Positions 1 to 10,835 of a stretch of DNA of 64,000 nt are shown here, in pieces; position 1 is the first letter of the stretch, and each line of letters starts with the position of its first letter. The notes beneath the pieces were generated by a model. The model ran no database searches. It had not been told where the DNA came from and was given only the letters and a program-made list of their open reading frames with translations. The DNA comes from Rhynchopus sp. YZ270_cl-10 (taxonomy: Eukaryota), in NCBI GenBank assembly GCA_964035575.1, contig OZ037846.1:1488001-1552000 (forward strand), in the 5' to 3' direction. The translations under genes and the position numbers were made by a program.

Positions 1-326
1 GTAAGGGCAACCGTAGGTGAAGTAAGGTATAGTATTGAAATCGATGTGGGGGGGGAGTAAAGGGTCAATTTTACAAAACCAGATTTTGAGGAAAATTTTA
101 GCCGAAAATGGGCCCCACGTATAAGCAACCGGGCTCATATTTCTCAAAATTTAAGTGGTCAAAAAATTGTCCAATTTTCGAGATTGACCCCACCACTGCA
201 CGGGTGAATCCCAAAAATGCAAATAAGGACCCTTTTTAATTTGTTCTCTTGAAATGTGTAATTTCATGTTTTCGCGAAAAAAATAACAAATGATCCCTAC
301 AAGGGTTGAAGGAAGGTGGTTGAAAA
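1..326 (+). mobile_element. Dispersed MITE-like repeat (family X), left end cut by window edge
   Basis: 1-150 matches the reverse complement of 17564-17716 and 20224-20376 and the direct copy at ~59903-60052. 295-326 (ccctacaagggttgaaggaaggtggttgaaaa) resembles the inverted terminus seen at 17711-17745 and 20369-20405. Confidence 0.65.
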
Positions 327-343
327 CAACAATAACAACAAGG

Positions 344-767
344 ACAAGTAATTGCTAAGAAAAAACGGGGTGTGCTGTGGAAAACTCCGCGCAATTTTCG
401 AAACCACCGTAGCATCCTGGCGATTTGCTGGAGGTGCTGATGCGCCTGGTGTGATCGATGTGTTGTAGTCTGTGCATTCTGTGTTTCTTCCGCACTGCTC
501 CAACGACGACGACAATGTGGGGACCCTGTGGACAAAAACGAGCTGGAACACGCCGAGCCTGCCGAGCCTCGAGCAGATGGTGCTGGACGAAGAGGACAGC
601 CCCCCTTCTTGAACGTTTCAGATACTGGCGTCCCAGTGTGTCTGGCAGCGTACGAAGAGCGTTAGCATACCTACAGAAGAGCAGAATGCTGGGCGTGTTG
701 TAGATTATTTCTACAGGATGGAGTTCCACATCACACCCCGTTTTTTTTTCCGATAGCAATTACTTGT
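344..767. mobile_element. Foldback/MITE-like element with ~45-bp imperfect terminal inverted repeats
   Basis: acaagtaattgctaagaaaaaacggggtgtgctgtggaaaactcc (344-388) is the approximate reverse complement of 720-767. No clear TSD. Confidence 0.5.
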
Positions 768-792
768 TTTTTATTGGTTTTTGGTTTTATAG

Positions 793-1513
793 CAGGGCAG
801 GAGCTTGGAATATGGGTTTGGGGCAAAATCGGGTCAAATTCTGTTAAATCGGGTCAGGTCCCGAGCTTTTCCGCCTTCGGCGGAAAAGCTCTTGTGAAGA
901 CAAACACATGCAGAATGAGAAGGCGCGTTTCACAAAATGGTACACGTTGATGATACACAAGTGTTGCACCATCCCCGCGGAATGCATGTTGCCCTTGACA
1001 CTGGCGATGAGGTCATCAAGGTAGGGTTGTGCAATGGAGGTGTGGAATGTGTGCGTAGGCCCTCGCCAGTTCAGGTACTCTCTCTGGGCAGGTGTCCCCT
1101 TCGATCACACGTCGGAGGGCGTATCCTAGGCAAGACTTGTCACTGTCTGAGCCCCTCTTTGGTGTGTCACCCAGCGAGTTGATCCAATATCTGGATCGTC
1201 AGCTCGCGCCAGTAACCAACGGCTAGGTCGAGTTGGGCATCCCTCTTGGGTTCGGGTTTGATCGGGGTGGAGCGCGCGTTTGAGGGCATTCTGGCTTCTT
1301 TGAGCTTCGTGCTCGTCGCGATGGGGTTACATAGCAGTTCCTCATCCTTCTCAGACCCCCTCATCGACAAGTAGAGTACCCTACATTTTTTGATTTTTTC
1401 CCTCAAAAATCTATAGTTTTTTTTTTTTTTTTTTGCCCTGACCCGTTTTTTTCCATGGGGCCTAAGGAAATCGGGTCAATCTGACCCGATTTAACCCCCA
1501 AGCTCCTCCCCTG
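793..1513 (-). mobile_element. Non-autonomous hAT element (deletion derivative with possible transposase remnant)
   Basis: 16-bp TIR cagggcaggagcttgg / ccaagctcctcccctg (1 mismatch). Exact 8-bp TSD ttttatag at 785-792 and 1514-1521. Subterminal aaatcgggtca repeats. Confidence 0.85.
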
Positions 1514-3648
1514 TTTTATAGTTTGTCTGTGACTTTGCGCGCGGGGCTGAAGCTCGTCTCACAAACGTTTCTTTGTTCAGTACCCTCCGCCATGAGGCGT
1601 GTTAGTGTATTCATCGTTCAAGTTGTCTTCTCGATTTATGCTATGCGAAGTTTTGCAATTTACACATTTGGGCGATGAATCGCTCTTAGAGGGGGGGTAC
1701 CCATATCTGCTTTCATCACCTATACATCACATACACGAAGTGACCCCGGTTCTTAACCGGAACACTGTACACGATTTTATTTTTTATTTTTTTCACACTC
1801 TGTCTCTTCTCTCTCACTTTCATCCAAGAAGACCCTCCCTCTCTTGCTCTCCGTTTACCCTTTAGCGTAGTAGCTTGCTTTGATCACACTCAGCCCCATA
1901 CCCATGCTTGCCTAATGTCCACATGCTCCTGTTGCGACACTGCGGTACCAATCCTTTGCACGCGGCATGATAGGATGTTAGGCTACATAGTTTCCCCTCC
2001 CCGCTTCACGCAAGACATGACACCACAGCACAGTATTTGGGTTGTTCGTTGGGGAAAGGAGAACATGGGAAACGCAAAAATACCCGCTTGTTTTATCTTT
2101 TATCTGGGACCATATGCATGCCACCACAGCACGGTGCCATGCGTCGCGTCTACACAAAGGGGAAGGGAAAGGGTGTCGAGGATGTTGTGCCTCGACGATG
2201 CTGCTCTTTGTGGACCTTATGTCTGCTACGTAAGGCAGCACCAGGTTATTGTGGTGTGTGTGTGGCAGGGTTGCGTGCTTGCTGTCTTCCCCCACTACGT
2301 TGAGACGTCTGCTCTTTTTTATTGTATCTCTACGACTGAGGGCATTCCTTGACGTGATAATTCATATTTTCGGGGTCAAGATCTTGTGTGCAGAGAGACC
2401 TTTATAACAACTTTTCTCACTTTTTCTCATGTCTCAAAAAATGGATGTAATACAGCAGGTGGTTGGGTCCACCCCTACACCGGTCATATATCAAAGGTAC
2501 TGTCATGAGTGGGCTGTTGTATTTCAAGTATTTATTCTGCTCTATTGCTTTTAGAAAATACATGACTAAATATTTTGCGTTTTTTTTTTTTGTGCCACTC
2601 TGCCCAGGGATTTATATACGATTTTTTTCCTTACCAAAAGTGCAAAAAAAGTGAGGTTGCTATTCCTGAGGGGGCTGGAGGCACGGAGGGGCTTTTTTGA
2701 AGAAATGGACTTCAGATTGAAGTATCATCATTGTACTAGCCCAGGGGGCTTCACTGTCTAGGGCTCCAGCAGGTCCCACATGCACTATGCCTGACTCCAG
2801 CACGCAAGGTAGCATTCACAGCACCTTTCACCCCTTCAGGAGGAGTGCATAAAAGGGCACCCGGATGCAATTTTTCACCCATATCAGGACTCATGACTCA
2901 ATTTTTTTTGCGAAGCAAAAAAAAATAATATAATATGGCGCCGCAGGCGAAAAAAAATTGGGGTACGGTGTAAAAATCTAGCCTTTTTTACACCACAGAG
3001 TCACTCAACGAACCCTTCTTTGCGGAGCAAAAAAGGAAAAATGGCGCCGCAGGCAAAAAAAAAATTGGGTACAGCCTGTATGGTACGGGATTTCATGGTG
3101 CGGTCAGCAACCCAGTTCCCCAAAAAATGCAAAAAACTTTTTTTCCAAATCTGCAAAAGTTTTTTTTTTTTTTCAAAACTGAGGTTCAGCCTCAGTTCTA
3201 CTATGGTATATAAATCTCTGACTCTGCCACACGCAGTTATTTTGTTAGGTTCATTGTACAACAACCATCTTTTCGCTGTCCTTTTCTACGCCCTACAGTA
3301 GCGTGTAGTGTGCCATGTGCTTGGGTGAGTGCTGGCTGCACGAAGCACTGCCTCTGGTTTCGTACACATTTGTCCCGCCCTTTGCATAAGTCTCGACTGA
3401 GATGCGTTTTCAGCAGTGTTTCAGCTACCATCCTTTTGTCATCCACGGAGTCAAAAAATTCGAGCCCCCCACCTCCCGCTTCTTTCCCTGCCACAGTGTC
3501 AGTGATGTGCTTAGTGTACTTATTTACTATAAAACCCCACCTCGAGGCAGAACCTTTCTATGACCGTCAACCACCTTCTCATGAAAAGTGGAAAAGAGTG
3601 AAGCAAAGTGGCTCTTAATGGTTGATGACCTCTATTCACTGCGTCCAT

Positions 3649-3759
3649 CAGGGTTTTATCTCCTTATATCTTATATGTCCGGGGAAGACCGGGGAAAATA
3701 AATCCAGACCGGGTAGACCGGGTAGAATTTTAAAATGTTTTTTTCAAGATAAAACCTTG
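3649..3759. mobile_element. Small hAT-like MITE
   Basis: 13-bp TIR cagggttttatct / agataaaaccttg (1 mismatch). Internal agaccggg repeats. Degenerate flanks gcgtccat / acgtctaa. Confidence 0.5.
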
Positions 3760-3850
3760 ACGTCTAAAAAAATAATTCTGAAAGGCAGATTATACACACC
3801 CACCACCACCACCACCTTTCAGCTTGCACAAACAAAACAAAATGCATAAT

Positions 3851-6274
3851 ATGAAACTGTCCATTGCTGCATGTCTGCTGGCCTCCTGCAGTGTGGGTGC
3901 TTACGATATGCTTGCGGAGCGTGGTTACTATGAAGCTGATGCCGACCCTCTGCTCAATGACGGCAATGCTTGGTCCGCGGAGAGGCTAGCGGACACACCA
4001 ACGTTGTTTGAGTCGAACAGTGTTGTTCTCTCGCTTATTGCGGTGCGTCGTGTGCAGAGTGAGTGCACTGATCCTGTGACGTTGCTTCTTAGTGTCGGTG
4101 GCGAGAGCATCTCTATGGAAATGGATCCGCAAGGCCAACAGACCTGGGACCTTGCTCTCGACGTCGACCCAGACCAACTCGCCGTGAAGTACTCCCTCGT
4201 CGGCTGTCGCGTTATCTTCGAAATCGTAGTCGTCCTCACCGTAACAAGCACGTCCGACCCGCCCCTCGAGCCACCTTCGCTCCCTATCGCGAAGATAGAG
4301 GAGTTTATTGAAGAAACCGCCAAGAACCGTGCTGACTACGCAGAGTTCAACGAAGATGCGCCACTGACCTATTCATTTGAGGGGAAAGATGCGTTCTTCG
4401 TTGTGCGTTGCGACTGGGCGTTGACGCTGGGTGTGAAAGTATCTTCGGGGTACGTCAGTGTGGTGGGATCAGACGGATCCACGTATAAGTCCCATTACCC
4501 AATACGCACGACCTTCGACGTCCCCTGCCATGCGGGCAGTGCTGTGACGGTGTCCGTCTTTCCTGGGCCCAGTGCTGCTGACCGCCCTGATCCGATGGCA
4601 GAAGTGCATTGGTCCTGTGATGTGTGCGAAAATCCTGGGACAGATCCTGTGACAGACAAGCCGCTGAACACAGGCGAATGTGCTACGGACCCGTGTGGTC
4701 TCGCTCAGACCTGCACCGACCCGGACACTTCGAAGGACGGAGACTTTGTGTGCACATGCGACTCGGACAAGGACAGAAGCGCGGTCGGTGAACGTGCGGT
4801 GTGTGTTGGTGTGAGTGAGTGTCCGCTGGGCAACTGGCCTTGCCCCTCTGGACAGTGGTGCAGGGATGACGATGAGTTTGTGACTGGCGACTTTGAGTGC
4901 TATTGTCTGGCGGATGTGACGCGAGCACAGGTTGGTGGGCCGGTGGAGTCGTGCGACATTTCGGACGACGAATGCTTTTTGTTTCCCTGCGGGTGGGATC
5001 AGTACTGCTCGGACCCGTCCCTGACAGAGAAAGGCGACTTCATCTGCTCCTGCGACGAAGACGGGAAGCTGTCAAAGGTAGGGGGGCAGATGGACTCCTG
5101 CCCGAACGACGAATGCCTTTTTGACCTCTGTGGAGAAGGGCAGACCTGCACCGACCCAGACTTGACTGTCTCCCGGAACTTCATCTGCACCTGCACTTCC
5201 GACACGACGAAGACGTGGGTGGGTGCTGCTGCAGACTGCTTCACGTCCTACAACGACGAATGTGACACAAATCCCTGCGGTGCCGGGCAGACGTGCGCAG
5301 ACCCGCACATGATGTTGCCCAAGAACTACGTCTGCACCTGCACCTCAGACACATCCCTCACGGCTGTCGCATCGCCAGCGAACTGCGACCCGTCTTCCCC
5401 GTCTTCCGCAAGGGACGAATGCACGTCGCGTCCGTGCGGCACAGTTCAAGACTGCGCCGACCCGAACACAGCGAAGACGGGCGACTTTGTGTGCACGTGT
5501 CCCGACCGTGCCACGAAGGCTGTCGCAAAGCAGGCCGTCTGCCCCCCATCTGGTACGCCCAGCGGGACCAGCACCAGCAACACCGCAAGTGACGAATGCC
5601 TCGCCAAGCCGTGCCCCGACGGGAAGTATTGTGCAGACCCGAGCACCAAAGCAAACGACTACATCTGCTACTCACCCACGAACTCCTCACCCAACGGCAC
5701 AGATGACGACAACGGCGGCACTGTTTTGCTGATCATCATCATTGCGGCTGCGGTGCTGGTTCTGTGCCTCTGTGCCTTGGCAGGGTTTTGTCTGATTCGC
5801 AGAAAGAACCAGCCTGCTGCGAAGACAGTGCACAGCTATCCCCCACAGCAGCACCACCAGCAGCTGCCTCCACCACAGCAACAACAGCAACAACAACAAC
5901 AACAGGAAATGCTCCTTGCAGAACACTCTGTCGTGCACAACCCCATGTCACCGCATCCCGCAGACGTGATCCCAATGTACGAGGCCAGCCCCCTGCAGGA
6001 CCTGCTCCTTGCAAGCCAGAAGCGGCCCTCACGTTCCTTGATGAGCGCTGACTCAGCACGTCACACGCCACCCGAGGGCAGAATGGGCAGGTCGACAACG
6101 TCCCTGGAGACAGGTGGGATGGCCCCCATGCCGGCCATGTACCCAACTGGACGCAGCTACCCACGCAGCAAGGAGAGGATGGAGGAGGTGACGTCAGCTA
6201 TGCTCATGGGCAGGGCACGTGGCTCCTCCGGGTCCCCGCGCTCTGTTAGGGGAAATAGGTTGGCCTATATCTAA
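3851..6274 (+). CDS. Type I membrane protein with ~7 EGF-like Cys-rich repeats and poly-Q cytoplasmic tail
   Basis: Signal peptide MKLSIAACLLASCSVGA; repeats DEC-x3-PC-x3-QxCxDP-x6-DFxCxC; TM segment VLLIIIIAAAVLVLCLCALAGFCLI followed by RRK. Start taken at ATG 3851; ATG 3842 is an in-frame alternative. Confidence 0.85.
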   Translation: MKLSIAACLLASCSVGAYDMLAERGYYEADADPLLNDGNAWSAERLADTPTLFESNSVVLSLIAVRRVQSECTDPVTLLLSVGGESISMEMDPQGQQTWDLALDVDPDQLAVKYSLVGCRVIFEIVVVLTVTSTSDPPLEPPSLPIAKIEEFIEETAKNRADYAEFNEDAPLTYSFEGKDAFFVVRCDWALTLGVKVSSGYVSVVGSDGSTYKSHYPIRTTFDVPCHAGSAVTVSVFPGPSAADRPDPMAEVHWSCDVCENPGTDPVTDKPLNTGECATDPCGLAQTCTDPDTSKDGDFVCTCDSDKDRSAVGERAVCVGVSECPLGNWPCPSGQWCRDDDEFVTGDFECYCLADVTRAQVGGPVESCDISDDECFLFPCGWDQYCSDPSLTEKGDFICSCDEDGKLSKVGGQMDSCPNDECLFDLCGEGQTCTDPDLTVSRNFICTCTSDTTKTWVGAAADCFTSYNDECDTNPCGAGQTCADPHMMLPKNYVCTCTSDTSLTAVASPANCDPSSPSSARDECTSRPCGTVQDCADPNTAKTGDFVCTCPDRATKAVAKQAVCPPSGTPSGTSTSNTASDECLAKPCPDGKYCADPSTKANDYICYSPTNSSPNGTDDDNGGTVLLIIIIAAAVLVLCLCALAGFCLIRRKNQPAAKTVHSYPPQQHHQQLPPPQQQQQQQQQQEMLLAEHSVVHNPMSPHPADVIPMYEASPLQDLLLASQKRPSRSLMSADSARHTPPEGRMGRSTTSLETGGMAPMPAMYPTGRSYPRSKERMEEVTSAMLMGRARGSSGSPRSVRGNRLAYI

Positions 6275-9191
6275 AAGTGGGACCATGACGGGGGTGTGGC
6301 CGAGACAGCGTGGAGCAGCACCTTAGCTGTCAACAGTCAAACCACACACGGCACCCCAGTTCCCCTCCACAAATAAAGCGGCACAAAGCTGTTCCATGTG
6401 AACGGCACCGCCACGCTTTACCGGAGGGTGTCCTCGGGACCCTAGTGAAGGTTTAGTCTGTTGATATCTAAATTATTTTGGGTCTGGTCTCACCTTCCAC
6501 ATCCCCTTTTGCTTCTTTACTGTTTTGTTGCTTCAATTCTAAGCCACTAGTCTGTTATTATTCCCCCCCTCCTTTTCCCCTTTCTTTTGAAATATGCAAT
6601 GCGCAAAGGTGGGATTTGCTTTGCAAAATAAAAACTGGCGCGAATCTTATAATTCACACCACCACTCATCCTCAGACACGGTAGAGACGGTCTATAGAGA
6701 GAGGTGGATGGCCCATTGTTCTTGTCACCAAGGTCACCCTGCCCTCACCTCCCTGCTGCCACACCTGCCGGCAGGGCACCTAGTTGCAACACCTCCAGCT
6801 CGCAGTGTTGTCAGCACAGCTCTGCATGCTTTCTATTCTCTCGAATCGAAGGCCAGGTGAGTGTAGCTGCACACCATTACATTTTTTTTGTCGTCCTGAA
6901 GGAGGAAATAAAAACAGCATTTTGAACACACTTTTGCGGTTCTGGGGACGAAAACCGCGCTGCAGAGAGCCACTCAATAGGTCGAGGTGTTGTGCGTTTC
7001 ACCACAACCTCTGGTTTTTTGTGTGATGAGTGTTAAGTTTCATTTCCCCGCTTCCCCCCCCTAAGAAGTAACCCCGAATGTTTGTTATGGCTAATCCACA
7101 GAAAGGGTTAGGTTCATCTTACCACTGATTCAACTCAATACCCTTTTTTTCTTCTTTTTTTTTCCATCCCTCTTTTTTCTTCAAGGTGACTGAGCACCAG
7201 AGGCTTAGGTTCATTTTATGATCCTTTCTTTCAAGGTACTGTCGCTGAGAGGGGCTTTTGTATTTCAAGTAAAAAAATCTACAGTGGAGTGCATCCTCGG
7301 GTGTCTACACGAATACAATCAAGTTTTCAAAAAAAATCATTTTTTTTTCTCGCGCTAACCAACAAAGAGACTTAGAGTCTTTTTCTCTCTGTTTTTTTTT
7401 TCCCTCACCCCATTTTTTTCCATTTCTCCAAATTAGTGGGCCAACTATTTTCTTTTTACCTTCCTTATTTTTCCAGCGTTTGGTGACACCAACGGTGCCT
7501 GAAATTCTAGAATTTTAACTTCAATTTTATCAAAAAATAATTCCCCAATTAGGGTGTCTCAGTCAGTAATCTCAAACAAAAGTAAGGCACCCATTCTCTT
7601 TTAACTTGATATCTACAACAGCTTAGAAACAATACCCACAAAGAAAAATTATGTGGCTGAACGGAGGGGTCGCAAAAAGTGCGCAGAAGTGCGCATGAAA
7701 AATGCGAATCACCCCCCTCCCCCTGCAGCTACACCAAGCGTGGAGTTCACACGAGAAAAAAGCGAGGTGTCTACACGTCATCAATTTTTCAAAAAAAAAC
7801 AAAAAGTCCGTGCTCACCTCATACGAGGTAGCACGGACTTTTTGCTCAGAAAGCCCGAAAAAGGGCAAAAACCCCCACCTAAAAAAAGGAAAAAAACGGG
7901 AACATAAATCCAGAATTTTGCTGTTTTTTCCGAGAACAAGGAACAACCCTGGTGCTACCTCATATGGGGCTGCGTGGAAAGCGATAGCCAGGCCAGGATG
8001 CTCCCTATTTGTCAAAGACACACCTGCCACTGAGGGAGATGTGTGCTGTGCTGTGTCTTCCTCTCGTGTTAAAGATTCAGGGCTGCTGTCCCCGATGTGT
8101 CACCCCCAGCCTGCTGTGTAGACCAACAAGAAACCGCAGTACACGGCAGCAACAAGGAAGACGTTGCAGGCATCCATGCCAATGATATTCAACCCAGTCT
8201 ACTCGCTACACGACGCATGTCAGTCTTTGTGGCTGATGTGGAAAAAACTGGGTGTGGCAAAGTGGGTGTGACAACGTCAGACCGATGTGGTCACACCCAC
8301 TTTCACATCAGCCACAGAGGCTGATGTGCGCCGGTGTAGGTAATTGAAAAAAAAAATTCAAACAAACTTCATAAAAGCCTAATTCCATTCCCCAATGAGG
8401 AGGTGTCTCCGACAGCTCCTTATTTTTTTTTTGTCACGAATCAATAAGCCATATTCCTCTTTGCTCCAATTCTCTGATGGAGTCATGTTGCTGAGGTACG
8501 TTCATCATGTGAGGTCTTCCCCCATTTTGTTTTTGTTTTTTTTGTTTTTGCTTTTGTTGCAAAGATCAGTCCTGCAGTTGAGCGTAACCATGTCTTTAAC
8601 ATCCTAAAGGCAGCCAATACGCCGCTGTTATGCTCTTCTTCGTGTTGTTGAGTACATGGTACACCTACTGTTTGCTAAAATAGCAAGTATCATGTGAATT
8701 TCTGTTTGATTTTTTGTTGCGTTTCTTTTTGACCACATGTTCTGATGTTCGTGCTTCACACTCTTACTAAAATATTCCTTCCTCTCTCTCTCCCTCTCTT
8801 CTCTCCACACGCATCTTTTGTTTTTGTTTTTTTTGTTTTTTGTTCTTTTGTTATACCATTTCAAATACCTTCTATTTAGTAGAATCGAAAGTATATGAAA
8901 ATAGTTTTTATTCTTTTTTACATGCCCCCTTCCCCCTTCCCTGCAAAAAAATAGCAGCTCTCATTAATGGCGACTTTATGTTGTCTCTAACCCAAACAAA
9001 ATATTTTTCTTGTTCTGCAAGTTTCGAGTTATACGAAACGCTTGTTTTTTGATTGCTTTTATCCGGGGCAGGTCGGAACCCTTCTTATGCCCGCATCAAA
9101 AAAAGCCCCCCTACCCTATCCCCCGAACGTTTGATGATGCACCTTTTGTGTATACCACAGCACTTTGAATGCAATAAACAACAAATAAAAT

Positions 9192-9298
9192 TAGGCTGAT
9201 TGACGTCGGGCTGGTTTGTCCATTTTGTCACTTTTTACCACCGATCACCATCGATCAGCACCGATCACCACCGGCCAAGCCCGGCGTCAATCAGCCTA
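9192..9298. mobile_element. 107-bp MITE with 21-bp TIR and internal 10-bp tandem repeats
   Basis: taggctgattgacgtcgggct vs agcccggcgtcaatcagccta (20/21 complementary). Internal (ccgatcacca)-like unit x3-4. Confidence 0.65.
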
Positions 9299-10427
9299 TA
9301 AAAGCTACTTTCCAGAGTTGAGGATGATTTTCATCTTTTCTCTTTTGTTAGTACAAATAGCCTTCGGGCGACATTGAGTACAGATCCTGCACATAGGCAG
9401 GGTGATTGTCAGACACAAAAAAAAACTTCTCTCATGCCTCACCTACGGAGTGTTGGTGCCCTGCGTCCTGGCGTTTTGCACTATCAACTTCACCTTTTTT
9501 TTTTATCCCTTTCTTCTTCTTGTCACAAATTGTGAACTCACACCCCCCAGTGTTCCTAATTTTGCGTTTAAAACGTTTAAAACGTTTAGTTTAATACTCG
9601 GGTTAGGAACACTGCACACCCCCCACCCCGTTGCCAAAGCGTCTACTCGCCCACCCTTGTCTAGTCAGAGAAGAGAGGGCCATGTAGAACCGCTGGCGTT
9701 CTTTCGCTGTTCACACGTTGTGTGGGCAATCCCTTTTTGTTGTACCTGCTCTCTCCGTGTTATTGTCCCACCCCAGAAAAAAAACCGGTATTTTGACAAT
9801 TACACACGGGAGAGTGCCGGTACTATAAAAACCCCCTTTTTTAAGAACCAATTGTTTTAACACCCTCCCCTTTTTTACCCCCTTTTTTTTTAAACGCTTA
9901 CTACGTCACGTAGTTCACTTACCCAACCGGGCTCCGCAACACTATCACCCAACAGGTGAGAGTGTGTGTGGAAGCGTCAACGCATCAAAGAACTACAAGA
10001 AGGAGGGAGAGAGAACGAACAACGTGACACTTTTTTTCAGCGTTTGTTTTGGTTACATAGTGTCCCTGATTGATAACAGAATTCAATTTTTTTTTTTGCT
10101 ATGTTTTATTTTTCAAACACCCCTCTTTTTTCAACAGTGTTTTAGAGAAACAAAACACGACTCCTTTTTAGCAGACCAACAAAAACAGCCACACTGCCCT
10201 CGGCAGATGGCATGACGCAAAGGATGGTACTAAGGCTAGTGCTACTTCGTTTTTTCAAAAAAAAAAAGAAATAATTCAAAAACAGTGTTTTCAACACAGC
10301 AATAACAATATGCTGTGCCTTGGTACCTCTCCTCTGCCCCATTTCCATGCCCTTCCTCGCTGACTGACTGCTACCGTTGTCTTTGTCCCCGACCCAGCCT
10401 GCCACATACTGTTAATAACACATACTG

Positions 10428-10575
10428 TTGGTGTGGCCGACGAACCCAAAAAATATCAGAAAATAGCACAAAATAGCACCTCCCTTTAGCAGCACCAAAA
10501 CATCCAGATGCCCAGAATAGCAGAAAATCGCAGAAAATAGCACCAAAAAAAGCGCACCTCCCTTCAGCCGCACCA
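10428..10575. repeat. Dispersed repeat with aaaatagcac motifs
   Basis: 10428-10470 is a near reverse complement of 30178-30218, 39847-39887 and ~49516-49555. Confidence 0.55.
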
Positions 10576-10835
10576 TACAATGTGGTAAAAAATGGTACTT
10601 CTAACGTCTCCTAACGCCTTTGCCCCCTCTGATTTCCCTTAGGTCAAAAAAAAAGGGTGGGCGACTACACACACACTACCCCTTGCCTTTTTGTTTCTTC
10701 CCGCTGACTGAAGGCTTTTTCTTCACATTACACCAGCTTTATTTTAAGGGAAAGGCTAAGCAGAGTTCGTGGCTTCTTATAAACCTTTTTTGTTTTTTTT
10801 TTCCTATTTGTCTTTGGGTGCCTCAGATAGGGAAC

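Noticed and set aside
2885..3226. Possible MITE with gcgccgcaggc motifs and cagagtca/tgactctg ends
   Set aside because: Only an 8-bp inverted match and no TSD, so boundaries cannot be supported.
7280..7975. Repeated gtgtctacacg motif and hairpin near 7807-7837
   Set aside because: Probably a decayed repeat; no termini or family could be defined.
10620..10835. Extended N-termini from the ORF track (also 12775-13032 and 3824-3841)
   Set aside because: Non-ATG starts running through low-complexity, UTR-like sequence.
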